Positions 51,301 through 61,698 of a stretch of DNA of 64,000 nt are shown in pieces; the first letter of the stretch is position 1; every line of letters starts with the position of its first letter. Under the pieces are notes generated by a model. It ran no database searches. It was not told the origin of the DNA and saw only the letters and a list, made by a program, of their open reading frames with translations. The stretch lies in assembly GCF_964355755.1 (NCBI RefSeq), contig NC_092676.1:5433888-5497887 (forward strand), read 5' to 3'. The position numbers were made by a program, and so were the translations under genes. This DNA comes from Antedon mediterranea. Taxonomy: Eukaryota > Animalia > Echinodermata.

Positions 51301-54300
51301 TATTTGGTTGCCTATATAAAACTCCAACTATGAGGGATTTATTTTGACCAACATCTATTTCCAGCCATAAAGACTCAGAATGATGTACATTATAATCAAT
51401 AGCCGTATAATTAATTGAATCATGTATGTACGCTCCTACTCCACCTCCTCTTTGATTAATACGACATTTAGTTTCCAACGAAAACTAAATTTCAGAATGT
51501 TTGTGAAATAATTTTCCAGATCAAAAATACACTTTTATCATTCATAACCTTGGTGTAGTACTGTAAATCTCAGTTCTCCAAATATAAAGCAGTCAATATT
51601 TGTTTTATAATAATATACAGATACCTAATACATAGATTATAGTATGTGGCTTATTTTGTCTCATAAAACTTGCTTCATCCATTAACTCAAAGTGATTTAC
51701 AGGTCTTCATCCATGTATGTTTATCATGTGCTCTCTGAATCATAGATAGTCAATGGCCAATCTTGGTTGTGGTACTGGTTGCAGTTACCTTATACATACA
51801 CACAGTACCAGCAAAGTAATGGACCATGAAAATAAAACAAAACAAATTAAAAATACAAGTTCTTTTTCCTGGAAAATTTATGAATTTTCAATTATTCCTA
51901 TGTCCCAGGATTATCATCTGCTTTTGACCAATCAAAAGACTTGAATCTTTGAATGTGATATATAATAAATAAATAAAATAAACAGAAAATATATTTCTAC
52001 TTTCTTTCCTTCTTCAGAGAAACACAGTGGAAACCAACAGATTGTGATAATTTGATCTTGAGAATAGTTATTTAGAAAAAAAATAAAAATTTTGTAATTT
52101 TATAATACTGCCATTGATTTACTTTGAAGGTGGTTGAACGATTCCAAGATAAGTACATTGCCAACCAATGCCTTTAATGGTTTGACATCGTTGACAGAAT
52201 TGTGAGTGTTTTTATGTTCATGTTTATACCGTAAAGTTTTCCATAATTCAGATTTAGCAGTGTTTAGCTAGCTTTTAAAAACACATTGTGTCTATGAGAA
52301 TAACTCATTTTAACATATCAAATTGAATTTTGAATTTTTACTATACGTTTTCTATACTTTGAAGGCGTTTAGATGGTAACCAACTAAGTACATTGCCAAC
52401 CAATGCCTTTAATGGTTTGACATCGTTGACAGAATTGTGAGTGTTTTTATGTTCATGTTTATACCGTAAAGTTTTCCGTAATTCAGATTTAGCAGTGTTT
52501 AGCTAGCTTTTAAAAACACATTGTGTCTATGAGAATAACTCATTTTAACATATCAAATTGAAGTTTGAATTTTTACTATACGTTTTCTATACTTTGAAGG
52601 CGTTTAGATGGTAACCAACTAAGTACATTGCCAACTAATGCCTTTAATGGTTTGACATCATTGACAGAACTGTGAGTGTTTTTTCATGTTTACCATAAAC
52701 TTTTTCATAATGCACATCCAGTAGAGTAATCTATACATCTTTTTACAAGATGCCTTTTTTTAGTCGCGTGCAAACGTGACTCTACAGCTCAATATGTCAG
52801 TGGGTCAAATTTGAGTACGTGAAAGTCTTCATGTCCCATTAGGGAGGCTTTTTGGGAGGTTCGTGTTATCTCCAGTTAGCCTATCATTTCCAAAATTACT
52901 GTAAAAATTATATTCATTGTCAATTAGGTAGTTGGTTATGGGATTATAAATACAAAAAAGATACCTTTATTGTCAAATAATGTGCATCTGTTTATGGGCG
53001 ATGTATTTGTGTTTGACACTGCTTAAATTTAAAAGCATTTAGGCTTTTAACAATAATTTAAAGTTTATATAAAAAAGAAAGTTGGAAGTGACAGTTTGGC
53101 TTCTGTAACTATAACTTAAAATTTAAATTTACCAGGATTTAAACATTGTTAATGGTTTCTGTAAATGTTTAGATATAGAAATTTGAACATATTTTATAAT
53201 TATGTCTAAATGGATCTGGAAATTGCATAATTTAACTTTTGAAGTTTATTTATAAGGTCTATTTTGTAGTGTCATCTCCATATACTTTCAGTACGTCTAC
53301 TATCTAGTTAGAAGCAGGAATGCTTATTTATTTTGAATGTCAATTATTTTGCAAGTACAATGTATCCATTCATAAAGTGAATTTGTATTACTAACGGTAG
53401 TTATTTATTTTCAATAAAGCTAATATCTAATTTATCTTTTTTTACAGGAATTTAGATAACAACGCTATAACTACCATAGACCCAGATACATTTTCTTCTG
53501 TTGCTTCATCACTTTCAATTTTGTAAGTTAACATTATGTCATTTTGCATACTTAGGCTTAAAAAAATGTTCCTTTGCTGTCATCTGGCCTCCCCCTAATT
53601 ATCGAGAAAAAAAAATTAGAGACGGACAAAAAAAGTATTATTTTTTTATTTGAGGGCGCTTAAGCAATAAAATCTTTACTACTATACTTTGACTCCATTG
53701 CAATATTGCAATATAGTGCATGTGTATTTATTAAGAAATGCTAGTGTTAGTGTTAGTTGTTATTAAATATTAAATAATGAAGGAAAGGGTGAAACAAACA
53801 TTGAGTTCTAGAAAAACAGTTGATGAACGGAAAACCACCTTACAGTTAAAAGATGATATTGTTGGCAACTCTGATAATTCTTGTACATTTGTGCTACGTT
53901 AACAATGTAGTTTGAATTTGTTGTTTTTTAGAAAGCTAAGAGGCAACAAGTTACAGGTGTACAGAGATAGAACATTTCAGCAACTCATAGGCTTAAAAGA
54001 ATTGTAAGTAATGATAGATCCCACACAATTTTACATAGCTTAGGTTCAAGACTGTGTTTCGGCTTAATATTAGTAAAAAGAGAAATATTTTGGCTCATAT
54101 AGCATTTCATAGGCATACTAGTTGAGCTTAAAACACCGACTGGTGAGCTAACATAAAAATGACAAGACTACAGACTTTAGACAAGTCTAAATTTTACAGA
54201 TACGTCTGTGTAAAGTATGAATGTGATTTTCTGCAACTCCAGTGATTTATTAACTCATAGGCATTTTGATAATGATGATATAGTTGGAGGTATAATTTTT

Positions 54301-56242
54301 GTTGATTATGTTTAATTAGAAATATCCTAATATTTCATTAAATTTCAATTAAACAGAATTAACTGAATAAGATAACTAAGTGATTCTGGTAAATATTTTA
54401 TTTATATAAATTATTGGTATTTTTTTTATCTGTGTAATATTTTAATGATGAATTATATCAAACACATATCTTTAAATTAGTTGATTATTATCATTGATAA
54501 AGTGAAAAATTAGCAAGGACAAGTTTACTGATTTTATATATTTAAAGATATGTTTTAAGCTCTGTCTATACACTATCAAACTGATTTGACAAACAAGTGT
54601 GATTTGCCCATATATGGTAGTAATATTCTCAAATATGGTAGTGATATGACATCATCATGACCATATGAGCATATCACATTTTTTGTCACATAAAGTTTGA
54701 TACATGTACATGGAGCTTTAAAATAGTCAGATACCTTCTTGAAATACATAAATGCGATACTAGATTTGTGTTTAAGTAACAAGAGCACCTGCTAAGACCC
54801 GCCCGTATGAATTTTATAATTTTTTTGAACATAAAAATCAAAAGAAATTAGAAACTGTGTTGTTCAAGATCAATCAAATCACATCATGATCAGTAAGAGC
54901 AATTAATAACAATTTTATTTTTCTATTTGATTATAATTTTCACCAAAGAAAGTGTAAATATTGCCTTTAATTTTTAATGAGATACACCCAACTTATACTT
55001 ATTTTGCATTTATTTCCTTTTGTATTTATTCATTTGTTAACTTAGTTGCCAGCGGGTATTTCAAGAAACGCATTGAAGGGTAACATGTAATTCTAATTTC
55101 AGAATGTTGGTACATGACTATTTAAAACCTATCCCAAAATATAATAATAGTGTCCTTTAAGATACAATGCAAAAATAATAACTAAACAGTAATTATTTAG
55201 TTGCTTTGTTTACTTTGACTTTTACAGGTACTCTGATTTCTCAAGTCTCTGTTGCCTCGTTGGCGCCATCGATGTCTGCGAGCCTTCAGATGCATTTTCA
55301 TCGTGTGAAGACTTGCTAAAAAATGAACTTCTCCGTGTGTTGATGATGATTATCGGGTTATCTTCGGTCATTGGCAATGTAGTTGTAATCGTTTCACGAA
55401 AGTTTAAAAAGGATAATGATTCAGGTAACAATGTTAATAGGGTCCAAACCACACTAATTACTAATCTTGCCGTGTCCGACTTGCTGATGGCAGTCTACTT
55501 GATCATCATTGCGAGTGCGGATATACACTTTCGTGGACGGTACGCGACAGCTGCAAGGAATTGGAAGAGCAGTTTTCTTTGCAGCTTTGCCGGGGCAATT
55601 TCTACTATCTCTGGGCAATGCTCAGTGTTTACACTGATGCTGCTGAGTGTGGATAGAGCTATTAACATTGTTAATCCATTTAGTACGAAACGCCTCAATC
55701 GTACAAAATGTAGAATCATTATCGGCTTCGCATGGCTATTTTGGATTGTGCTGAGTTTTCTTCCAATAACTGATATTTCATATTTTGGGGATAATTACTA
55801 TGGCAAAGAGAGTGTGTGCCTCGCTCTGCCGCTGACAAAGAGTCATTGGCAAGGCTGGGAGTATGCAGTCGCCATGTTTGTTGTATTTAACAGCATCGGG
55901 TTCATTGTAATAACAGTGAGCTACCTCGTAATCTTCTTATCGGTAAAGAGATCGGGGGCCACTGTCAATAGAGGACAGATGAGGAAGGAACAGTTGAAAA
56001 TGGCGAGGAAACTAGGCTTAATAGTTTTCACAGATTTCTGTTGCTGGGGTCCGATTATAGTAATGGCAATTGGTTCTGAGATGGGTTGGATGACGATTCC
56101 TGATGAAATATATGTTTGGGCAGCGACATTCATCATCCCCATCAACTCCGCAGTCAATCCGTATCTTTACACAATTGCTTATATGTTTAAGTGCAAAGTG
56201 CGTCAACCGGCAGTTGTACAGATTCCACTTAATACATTGTGA
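30073..56242 (+). CDS. Leucine-rich repeat-containing GPCR (type C hinge, GRL101/RXFP-like), up to 24 exons, about 969 aa if all intact exons are used
   Basis: Signal peptide/Thr-Asp-rich exon, LRRNT exon, 20 single-LRR exons plus a 39-nt mini-exon (all phase 2-2), and a terminal hinge+7TM exon; the summed length of 2910 nt is in frame. Confidence 0.88.
30742..31667. mobile_element. hAT-like non-autonomous element in LGR intron 1
   Basis: TIR CAACGGCGCAGATCC / GGATCGGCGCCGGTG; flanks CATGCCTA and CCTTCCTA (6/8 match); also present in the paralog from about 63249. Confidence 0.5.
31710..31842 (+). CDS. LGR exon 2: LRR N-terminal cap
   Basis: AECPVYCHCEVLPTGGHRVRCRRPWSINNIP..ITEL (CPxxCxC..C); phase 1 to 2; donor GTAAGT. 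Confidence 0.85.
32681..32752 (+). CDS. LRR exon A1 YLSHNEISTLPANVFDRLTALTYL
   Basis: 72 nt, AAG acceptor, GTAAGT donor, phase 2-2. Confidence 0.85.
33140..33233 (+). pseudogene. LRR pseudo-exon type B (other copies 35644-35737, 37160-37253, 41574-41667; fused forms about 38393-38456 and 40090-40153)
   Basis: A G-rich insert of +22 nt shifts the frame, and the donor GT is mutated to TT. Confidence 0.8.
34210..34281 (+). CDS. LRR exon A2 DLSWNQISTLPANVFDRLTALTEL
   Basis: 72 nt, AG/GTAAGT, phase 2-2. Confidence 0.85.
35185..35256 (+). CDS. LRR exon A3 DLRYNQISTLPANVFDRLTALTKL
   Basis: 72 nt, AG/GTAAGT, phase 2-2. Confidence 0.85.
36699..36770 (+). CDS. LRR exon A4 DLRYNQISTLPANVFDRLTALTEL
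   Basis: 72 nt, AG/GTAAGT, phase 2-2. Confidence 0.85.
37354..37525 (-). mobile_element. Short poly(A)-tailed retroposon fragment
   Basis: Poly-T next to TTTATT (AATAAA on the minus strand), ATAAT target duplication; absent from sister repeat units. Confidence 0.7.
39453..39524 (+). CDS. LRR exon A5 YLGYNRISTLPANVFDRLTALITL
   Basis: 72 nt, AG/GTAAGT, phase 2-2. Confidence 0.85.
41118..41189 (+). CDS. LRR exon A6 DLRYNQISTLAANVFDRLTALTKL
   Basis: 72 nt, AG/GTAAGT, phase 2-2. Confidence 0.85.
42435..42506 (+). CDS. LRR exon A7 YLSGNYIRTLPVNVFDGLTALREL
   Basis: 72 nt, AG/GTAAGT, phase 2-2. Confidence 0.85.
43411..43482 (+). CDS. LRR exon A8 FLHGNQLSTLPTNAFNGLTSLTYL
   Basis: 72 nt, AG/GTGAGT, phase 2-2. 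Confidence 0.85.
44265..44331 (+). pseudogene. Truncated D-type LRR exon (NLDNNAI..) fused to a 48-bp palindrome
   Basis: The acceptor and first 7 codons match the exon at 53448; the rest and the donor are missing. Confidence 0.75.
44651..44722 (+). CDS. LRR exon A9 DLGYNQISKLSANAFDGLTTMITL
   Basis: 72 nt, AG acceptor, weaker GTGTGT donor. Confidence 0.72.
45164..45465. repeat. Three tandem copies of a roughly 100-bp intron segment
   Basis: TGTTTATACCTTAACCGTATAATATAAG...GTACAAAAACAA three times; single copy in the paralogous intron near 43003. Confidence 0.8.
45785..45856 (+). CDS. LRR exon A10 YLDGNQLSKLPTNAFNGLTSLTNL
   Basis: 72 nt, AG/GTGAGT, phase 2-2. Confidence 0.85.
46432..46470 (+). 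CDS. 39-nt mini-exon IFHCEQYYGSTC
   Basis: TTTGAAG acceptor like the LRR exons, GTAAGT donor, open in phase 2-2. Confidence 0.62.
46697..46762 (+). CDS. 66-nt LRR exon E1 ETNQIRTLEANAFNGLKVLQKL
   Basis: AG/GTGAGT, phase 2-2; lacks the first two LRR codons. Confidence 0.78.
47469..47540 (+). CDS. LRR exon A11 WLNDFKISTLPTNAFNGLTSLTEL
   Basis: 72 nt, AG/GTGAGT. Confidence 0.82.
47660..47731 (+). CDS. LRR exon A12 RLDGNQLSTLSTNAFNGLTSLTEL
   Basis: 72 nt, AG/GTGAGT. Confidence 0.82.
48417..48491 (+). CDS. 75-nt LRR exon D2 NLDNNIITSIDPDAFSSVAASLSIL
   Basis: CAG acceptor, GTAAAT donor, phase 2-2. Confidence 0.75.
48898..48963 (+). CDS. 66-nt LRR exon E2 ETNQISTWEANAFNGLKALQKL
   Basis: AG/GTGAGT; no partner mini-exon seen upstream; core Leu replaced by Trp. 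Confidence 0.62.
49016..51488 (-). mobile_element. 5'-truncated CR1/L2-group LINE (APE endonuclease + RT), non-functional
   Basis: EN motifs GGGVGAY, GVLYRQP, IGDFN, TIDHVY and SDH. RT motifs NYRPIS, QYGFR, FLDLKKAFDTV and GVPQGSVLGPTLFLIYVND. (GAAA)n tail and ATTTC on both flanks; the empty site is seen in the paralogous intron near 46810. Confidence 0.92.
49288..51478 (-). pseudogene. Disrupted LINE ORF2
   Basis: Frameshift at a 7-bp tandem duplication TTAACAG (about 50774-50787); internal deletion near 49614 removes the [Y/F]ADD motif and thumb. Confidence 0.85.
52130..52201 (+). CDS. LRR exon A13 WLNDSKISTLPTNAFNGLTSLTEL
   Basis: 72 nt, AG/GTGAGT. Confidence 0.82.
52365..52436 (+). CDS. 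LRR exon A14 RLDGNQLSTLPTNAFNGLTSLTEL (hybrid)
   Basis: 72 nt, AG/GTGAGT; 235-bp period. Confidence 0.82.
52600..52671 (+). CDS. LRR exon A15 RLDGNQLSTLPTNAFNGLTSLTEL
   Basis: 72 nt, AG/GTGAGT. Confidence 0.82.
53448..53522 (+). CDS. 75-nt LRR exon D3 NLDNNAITTIDPDTFSSVASSLSIL
   Basis: CAG/GTAAGT, phase 2-2. Confidence 0.85.
53932..54003 (+). CDS. Last LRR exon KLRGNKLQVYRDRTFQQLIGLKEL
   Basis: 72 nt, TAG/GTAAGT, phase 2-2. Confidence 0.85.
54557..54720. mobile_element. Palindromic MITE, same family as 12704-12862
   Basis: AAGCTCTGTCTATACACTATCAAACT ... AAAGTTTGATAC..GGAGCTTT. Confidence 0.6.
55228..56242 (+). CDS. LGR terminal exon: hinge + rhodopsin-type 7TM domain
   Basis: CAG acceptor, phase 2; hinge YSDFSSLCC..CEPSDAFSSCEDLL; NLAVSDLLM, SVDRA, CLALP, FTDFCCWGPI, PINSAVNPYLY; stop TGA. 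Confidence 0.95.
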
Positions 56243-58648
56243 TTTAATTATTTATTGTGCAAATCTATATTTTAGCGTTGTTTTGCTTATGAAATTTTCA
56301 TCTATCGTATTCATGTGATCTTTAGCATTTAAATCGTAGTATTATGATAACAATGATTTGACTTAAGAAATGGTTACATTAGTAGATTAATTAAGATAGA
56401 TTAAGTTTATCTTATAATAGTTTAATCCAGACCCATCCCCATTTTTAATTCCAGCCATCCTCTTTTTCGTTGTAGTTTAAGTGTTTCTGAGATTGTGTTG
56501 TAATTGTGTTTGTTTCTGCTAACCATGCTAAGTGGCTGGCGGGTTTGTTTCTGCTGTTGTTTTTCGTTTAAAAGTTAAAAACAAATAAATTGTAGTTCAT
56601 ATTTTTGTTAGCCGGTCTACATAGACTAATCTGTGTCAAATCTAACGGTCAGTTTGCTTATTATATATTGACTGTTTCATACATAATTATGATAAGTTAT
56701 TCATTATCTTTCTCGTTCCTGTCGATTTGACATCTGGTAGAAAACGATATTTTGTAACGTTACATTTCAATCTTATATTCTTATCTCAAGTTACGGAGAA
56801 TAACATATAATGTATAGCATATTATTATCAACCACTTTTGTTGTCAAAAATATGCTTACATTTAATTGTTTTGACAAATAAAAAATCATTATATATATCA
56901 TTTAAACAAAATAATGCTCGTTAAAAGCATTTTGTATATATTTCTGTAACCAATTTTTATTTTAAATATTTTTTTTAACGAAATGGCTAATTTACAGAAT
57001 GAAAATGTCCCCAAAAAAGCACATGGAAAGTTAATGTGTGAAAAAGATTTAATAGCTATATTTAGATATAATTCAATGCAATTGATGATTATCATTACGT
57101 AACGATTTAGTAAAGTTTGAAGAATTGAAGAATGTAGTTTGTTATGCTATTACGTGTTAAGATTTTATATTCATTATTCTATATGCTGTTTGACTTTTGT
57201 ATCAAATTTTCATAGAAAAATCTATTGTCCCCTAAAAACATGCAAAATGAAAAAAAAAATAATCAGACTTTGAAAAGGGCCATTTGGTAGTTTTATTAAC
57301 GTTGTTCACTTCTGTAGAAAAAAATAAATAAACATTTTTATTTCACTTTAAAAAAAAAAATAAAAAGAAACGGTTAATTTTAACCAAAAACCATTGTCTG
57401 GCAGAAAATTTAGGTGCTTTTTACTTTAATTTACTTTTTCAGGTAAATATTTTTTTTCGATCCAATTTTTGGTCAAAGTTATTGACTATTATGGGATATT
57501 AAAATGGCATAATCAATAACAATTTTAAAAAAAACACTTTTTTTCATTGGTGCTATTGTAGATTTAAACAATTCATAAATGTAGTTTTGTGTATGATAAA
57601 TTAGTTGACGATTTAGTCAATTTAAACAAGAATTTATTGGTATGTTTGTTAATGTTTATTAATGTTTTAATTATCTGAAGATTTCAATAGATTTAAAGAT
57701 GTATTGTACCTTAAACACAAACAAATGAAAGTCAAAATATTCTAAATTTAAATTGGCCATATCAAAGTAATATTAAAGTTATTCACTTTAAGTCGAAAAT
57801 TCGAGCCAAAAACAACAAGTTTACGTAATTAACACGTAAATTAGTTTGATTACATTTCGTCTGGAAAATCGTCACGAGCGAAAGTAAAATAAAGATTTAA
57901 AACCAAAAGTATGCATTATGCATGATGCTAATTAGGATTGTTTACAACTCGTCACGGTTGAGAAGGTGTTCAGATCGCGAGGAAGTTTTATGATTATGCA
58001 TACATAGTAGCCAAAAAAGCGCGTTGCATTATGAGATATGTTTTGATCGAAAACTTTGACTGGAAGTCACAGTTTTTTTAAACTAAAAAACGTCTGTATT
58101 TCAGTAAAATAATTTTTTTTTTCGACTAATTTTTGGGGAAAGTTAATAACTATTATGATACTTCAAAATGACCAACCTTTTTTCAAAATCTTCTAATTTT
58201 TATTTTTTGGAATTTGACAAAGGGACAATACATCTTTAAACAATTCATAAATGTATAGTTTTTGTTAAATAATTCATAAATGTATACTTTTTGTTGGTAA
58301 TCACTAAATATTTTACAAATTAAAATGGCATAGGCCTATTCAACAAAAATAAAAAAAAAACTTTTGTTATTGGTGCTATTGTAGATTCAAACATTTCATA
58401 AATGTAGTTTTGTGTATGATAAATTAGTTGACGATTTAGTCAATTTAAAAAAGAATTTTTTTAGTGTAGTTTGTTAATGTTTATTATTGTTTTAATTATC
58501 TGAAGATTTAAATAGATTTAAACAATTCATAAATGTATAGTTTTTGTTGGTAATCAGTAAATATTTTAGTAGATTTCGAGATTGTTGTTTGGTATATGTA
58601 TTTTGTCATACTTTCGTAACAGATTTTCCAATAAAAAAATCTTGTTAA

Positions 58649-58800
58649 GGCTAATTTACATAGACGAGCGGTAACGGTAAGCGGAAAATCGCGTAGCTTG
58701 TCGCACATATCTACACTGCGCGCGTTTCCGCTCATATTTTGGTTTCCACTTACCGTTTTTTTCACCGCTTTCAGTTACCGCTCGTCTGTGTAAATTGGTC
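58649..58800. mobile_element. PIF/Harbinger-like MITE
   Basis: TIR GGCTAATTTACATAGACGAGCGGTAAC / GTTACCGCTCGTCTGTGTAAATTGGTC; TAA and TTA flanks. Confidence 0.68.
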
Positions 58801-60119
58801 TTAAGGAAGTAATATCAATCCTACTATTAAAAAGATAATGTGCAAAAGAAGTTTTATCATGTGTGCTATAATTTGAGTATTATTATTTGAGTAACAAAAG
58901 GACATCATTATCATGGTACTGTTACACCGTTCGTCGTCATAGGAATTATAAAATACTCTACTCAAATATATTTCTAAACCAGATAATTTATTTACATATT
59001 ATACTTTCAAAAGTTTTATCTTGAGCTCCGTCATTACCTCAAGTCATCTTTCCCGCGATCAAGTTCATTTTAATCGTTTAAGCTTGATTCACATTAGGAT
59101 GCAACGCAAAGAGTTGACCAATGACAAGCAACAGTCGAATAAATCCATCGCTTGTAATTGGTCAAACCCCTTACGTTGCGTTACGCCGTTGTGTTGCGTC
59201 TCTAGTGCGAAGAACCAATCATTGTTTATAGCTGTAGAGTATTGTATGTGCTGCGGCCTGTGAGCAATGTTATTCAACATAGATTATTCAACATATTTAA
59301 AGACCACTACAGTACTGTGGCCTTTTCTTCAATTCTACACGGACAACCGGACCCACCCTTCCTCACGTTTAAGCGTTCCTGATGTAGTAGCAAACGTTAT
59401 TTATGAAAGCTCCATTTTAATAAATATCTCATAATTCATTTCTGCAAATGAGAGAGGATATAAAAATCGCCATGCTTTAAACTTACACATTTTCTTTCCA
59501 CTTTATCTGATATATGAGTCGTATGGATGCATGTCATGATAATTGTTTCTGATTGGTCAGTTTAGGCCCCTGCTATTGTTTCACTTTATTAAGCAGAATC
59601 TCATAAATAATTTATATTCAAATAAATAAAGCAACAAAATAGTCAAATTGACTGGCAGTCAATGGCTTTTTGGTTGAATTTAACCATTTATTTTGTCATT
59701 TTATAAGTGAAAACATTTTTTTAATCTGTTTTTTTTCTACGAAAGTGATTAGGCCCTACCTTTTTTAAAACTAAAATCTAATCTATTCAAAGTCTGATTT
59801 TATTAATCTTTATTTTTCATGTTTTTGGGGTGCAATACATCTTTAAAATATAATATCAAAACATTGTTGGCCAACAAAAAGTTCAAAACCATAATGTTAT
59901 GTTATGCATAATAATTGATAACAACACTTAGATATATACAATACTTTCCTGCGTCACAATATTAAATATCTATATATATAAAAGGCAAACACAAAAGGTT
60001 TGTTCCTGATTCTCGCCGCGGTACAACATCCGATTGGTGTGAATTCTGTACTCAACATCAATCTCGCAACGAAGATGGTCATGGGATAACAAGTTCGTAA
60101 ACCAAATATATATTGAATT

Positions 60120-60700
60120 TTGACTTGGGTCAAAAGGCTACTTAGTCCTGACCCTGGAAAATGGAAATCTATCCCAAATTATTATATGTACACAATTGAA
60201 TATACAACTTATATTAGTATAATGAATACAGACAATCACACAATGTTAAAGAATATGCCACCCTTTTATCAAACACTTTTAGAAGAACTGGTGAATCTAA
60301 ATAATATTGTTAGTTCTGTCCACACAACGCTAAAGAAATTAAATCCTAAAGTATGAGAGAACAAGTATTCAACAGTAAATGGCAAATAAATGTATTTTAG
60401 CTCTTTGATAAATTCAGGATTTCGAACAGTAAATGATATTATTGTAAACAGCAAACTGATAACATATCATGAACTTCTTCCTAAGTTATCTAAGAAAGAA
60501 AATGTGTTCATTGATATTTTGCTCTTGTTAATCCTATACCAAATCAATGGAAATAGTTTTAACTTATACACCAAGTATTGAAAGTGAATCAGAAAAAACA
60601 CTGTACCACGATTCCTGTACATTTTAGAGACATCCTATTCACTGTAAAGTCTCTATCCCACATTTTAGTTTTTATATCCTCAATTTTTTATTTTACATTA
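60120..60700 (+). mobile_element. Degraded L1/Tx1-like ORF2 C-terminal fragment
   Basis: WVKRLL...GKWK, LKNMPPFYQTLL, GFRTVNDII; broken frames; similarity judged by eye. Confidence 0.45.
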
Positions 60701-60827
60701 CGTATACTTGTGGCTGGTCCTCAAAAGAGAAACCCAGAAAAAAAACTACTAAAAAAGTATGTCTATGTAGGCCTATCGACACTTTTTGTGCTTATATACA
60801 CGTGAATTGTGTATTTTGTTGATCATA

Positions 60828-61288
60828 GTTAATTGTGTATTGTTATTAGTTTCTGTAATGACATATCTGAAGTTTAATTACAAGAGGGTATTGTATTGAT
60901 TATTGTTAATTGTTTATTGATTGATTAATGTTAATTGTGTATTGATTTATTATTGTTAATTGTGTATTGTATTGATTATTGTTAATTGTGTATTGTATTG
61001 ATTATTGTTAATTGTGTATTGACTGATTATTGTTAATTGTGTATTGTATTGATTATTGTTAATTAGATGTTGAAGCTTGGTTCTCACTTGTATTGATTAT
61101 TGTTAATTGTGTATTGTATTGATTATTGTTAATTGTGTATTGTATTGATTATTGTTAATTGTGTATTGTATTGATTATTATTAATTGTGTATTGTATTGA
61201 TTATTGTTAATTGTGTATTGTATTGATTATTGTTAATTGTGTATTGTATTGATTATTGTTAATTGTGTATTGATTGATTAATGTTAAT
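60828..61288. repeat. 26-bp AT-rich minisatellite
   Basis: (TTGTGTATTGTATTGATTATTGTTAA)n, about 14 units. Confidence 0.88.
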
Positions 61289-61698
61289 TAGATGTTGAAG
61301 CTTGGTTCTCACTAGGACGCAACCAAAAGGACGGAAGGGCAACGTAAGAAATCTGACCAATCACAAACGATAGCTTTTCATTGGTCAACTCGGCATACGA
61401 CCTTGCGTTGCGTCCTAGTTGGGACCAAACTATATAGTCACCATACTTCACAAAGTTGTTTACTCTCAAAGTTTGATGATATTCAATGTAGAGTAAACGT
61501 AACAAGGAAAATGTTCAAATAATACATTATGAAAAGAATGAAATAATAGATATAAATATATGCAAATCCTGTATTGAGAATACTGTAACTTACAATGAAT
61601 AAAAATAAAGTATAAGACCTACAAAATGAAAAGTAGATCTGAGGTTTTAGTAGCAGAATGAAAGTAGAAAACCCAAATGTTGAAATCTGAGTTTTCTA

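Noticed and set aside
49016-51488. Reverse transcriptase as the diversifying enzyme of the LRR array (DGR-like)
   Set aside because: Ordinary truncated LINE lacking its catalytic motif and inserted after module duplication; the variation is not adenine-specific
32150-53640. RAG-type recombination signals or proof of somatic cassette assembly
   Set aside because: I saw no consistent heptamer-spacer-nonamer beside the cassettes; they have ordinary splice sites, and one assembly cannot show somatic change
56228-56242. GPCR C-terminus LNTL as an NHERF PDZ ligand
   Set aside because: The class I motif needs Ser/Thr at position -2, which is Asn here
55222-56318. Short overlapping ORFs around the 7TM exon
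   Set aside because: Antisense or off-frame shadows of the real coding exon
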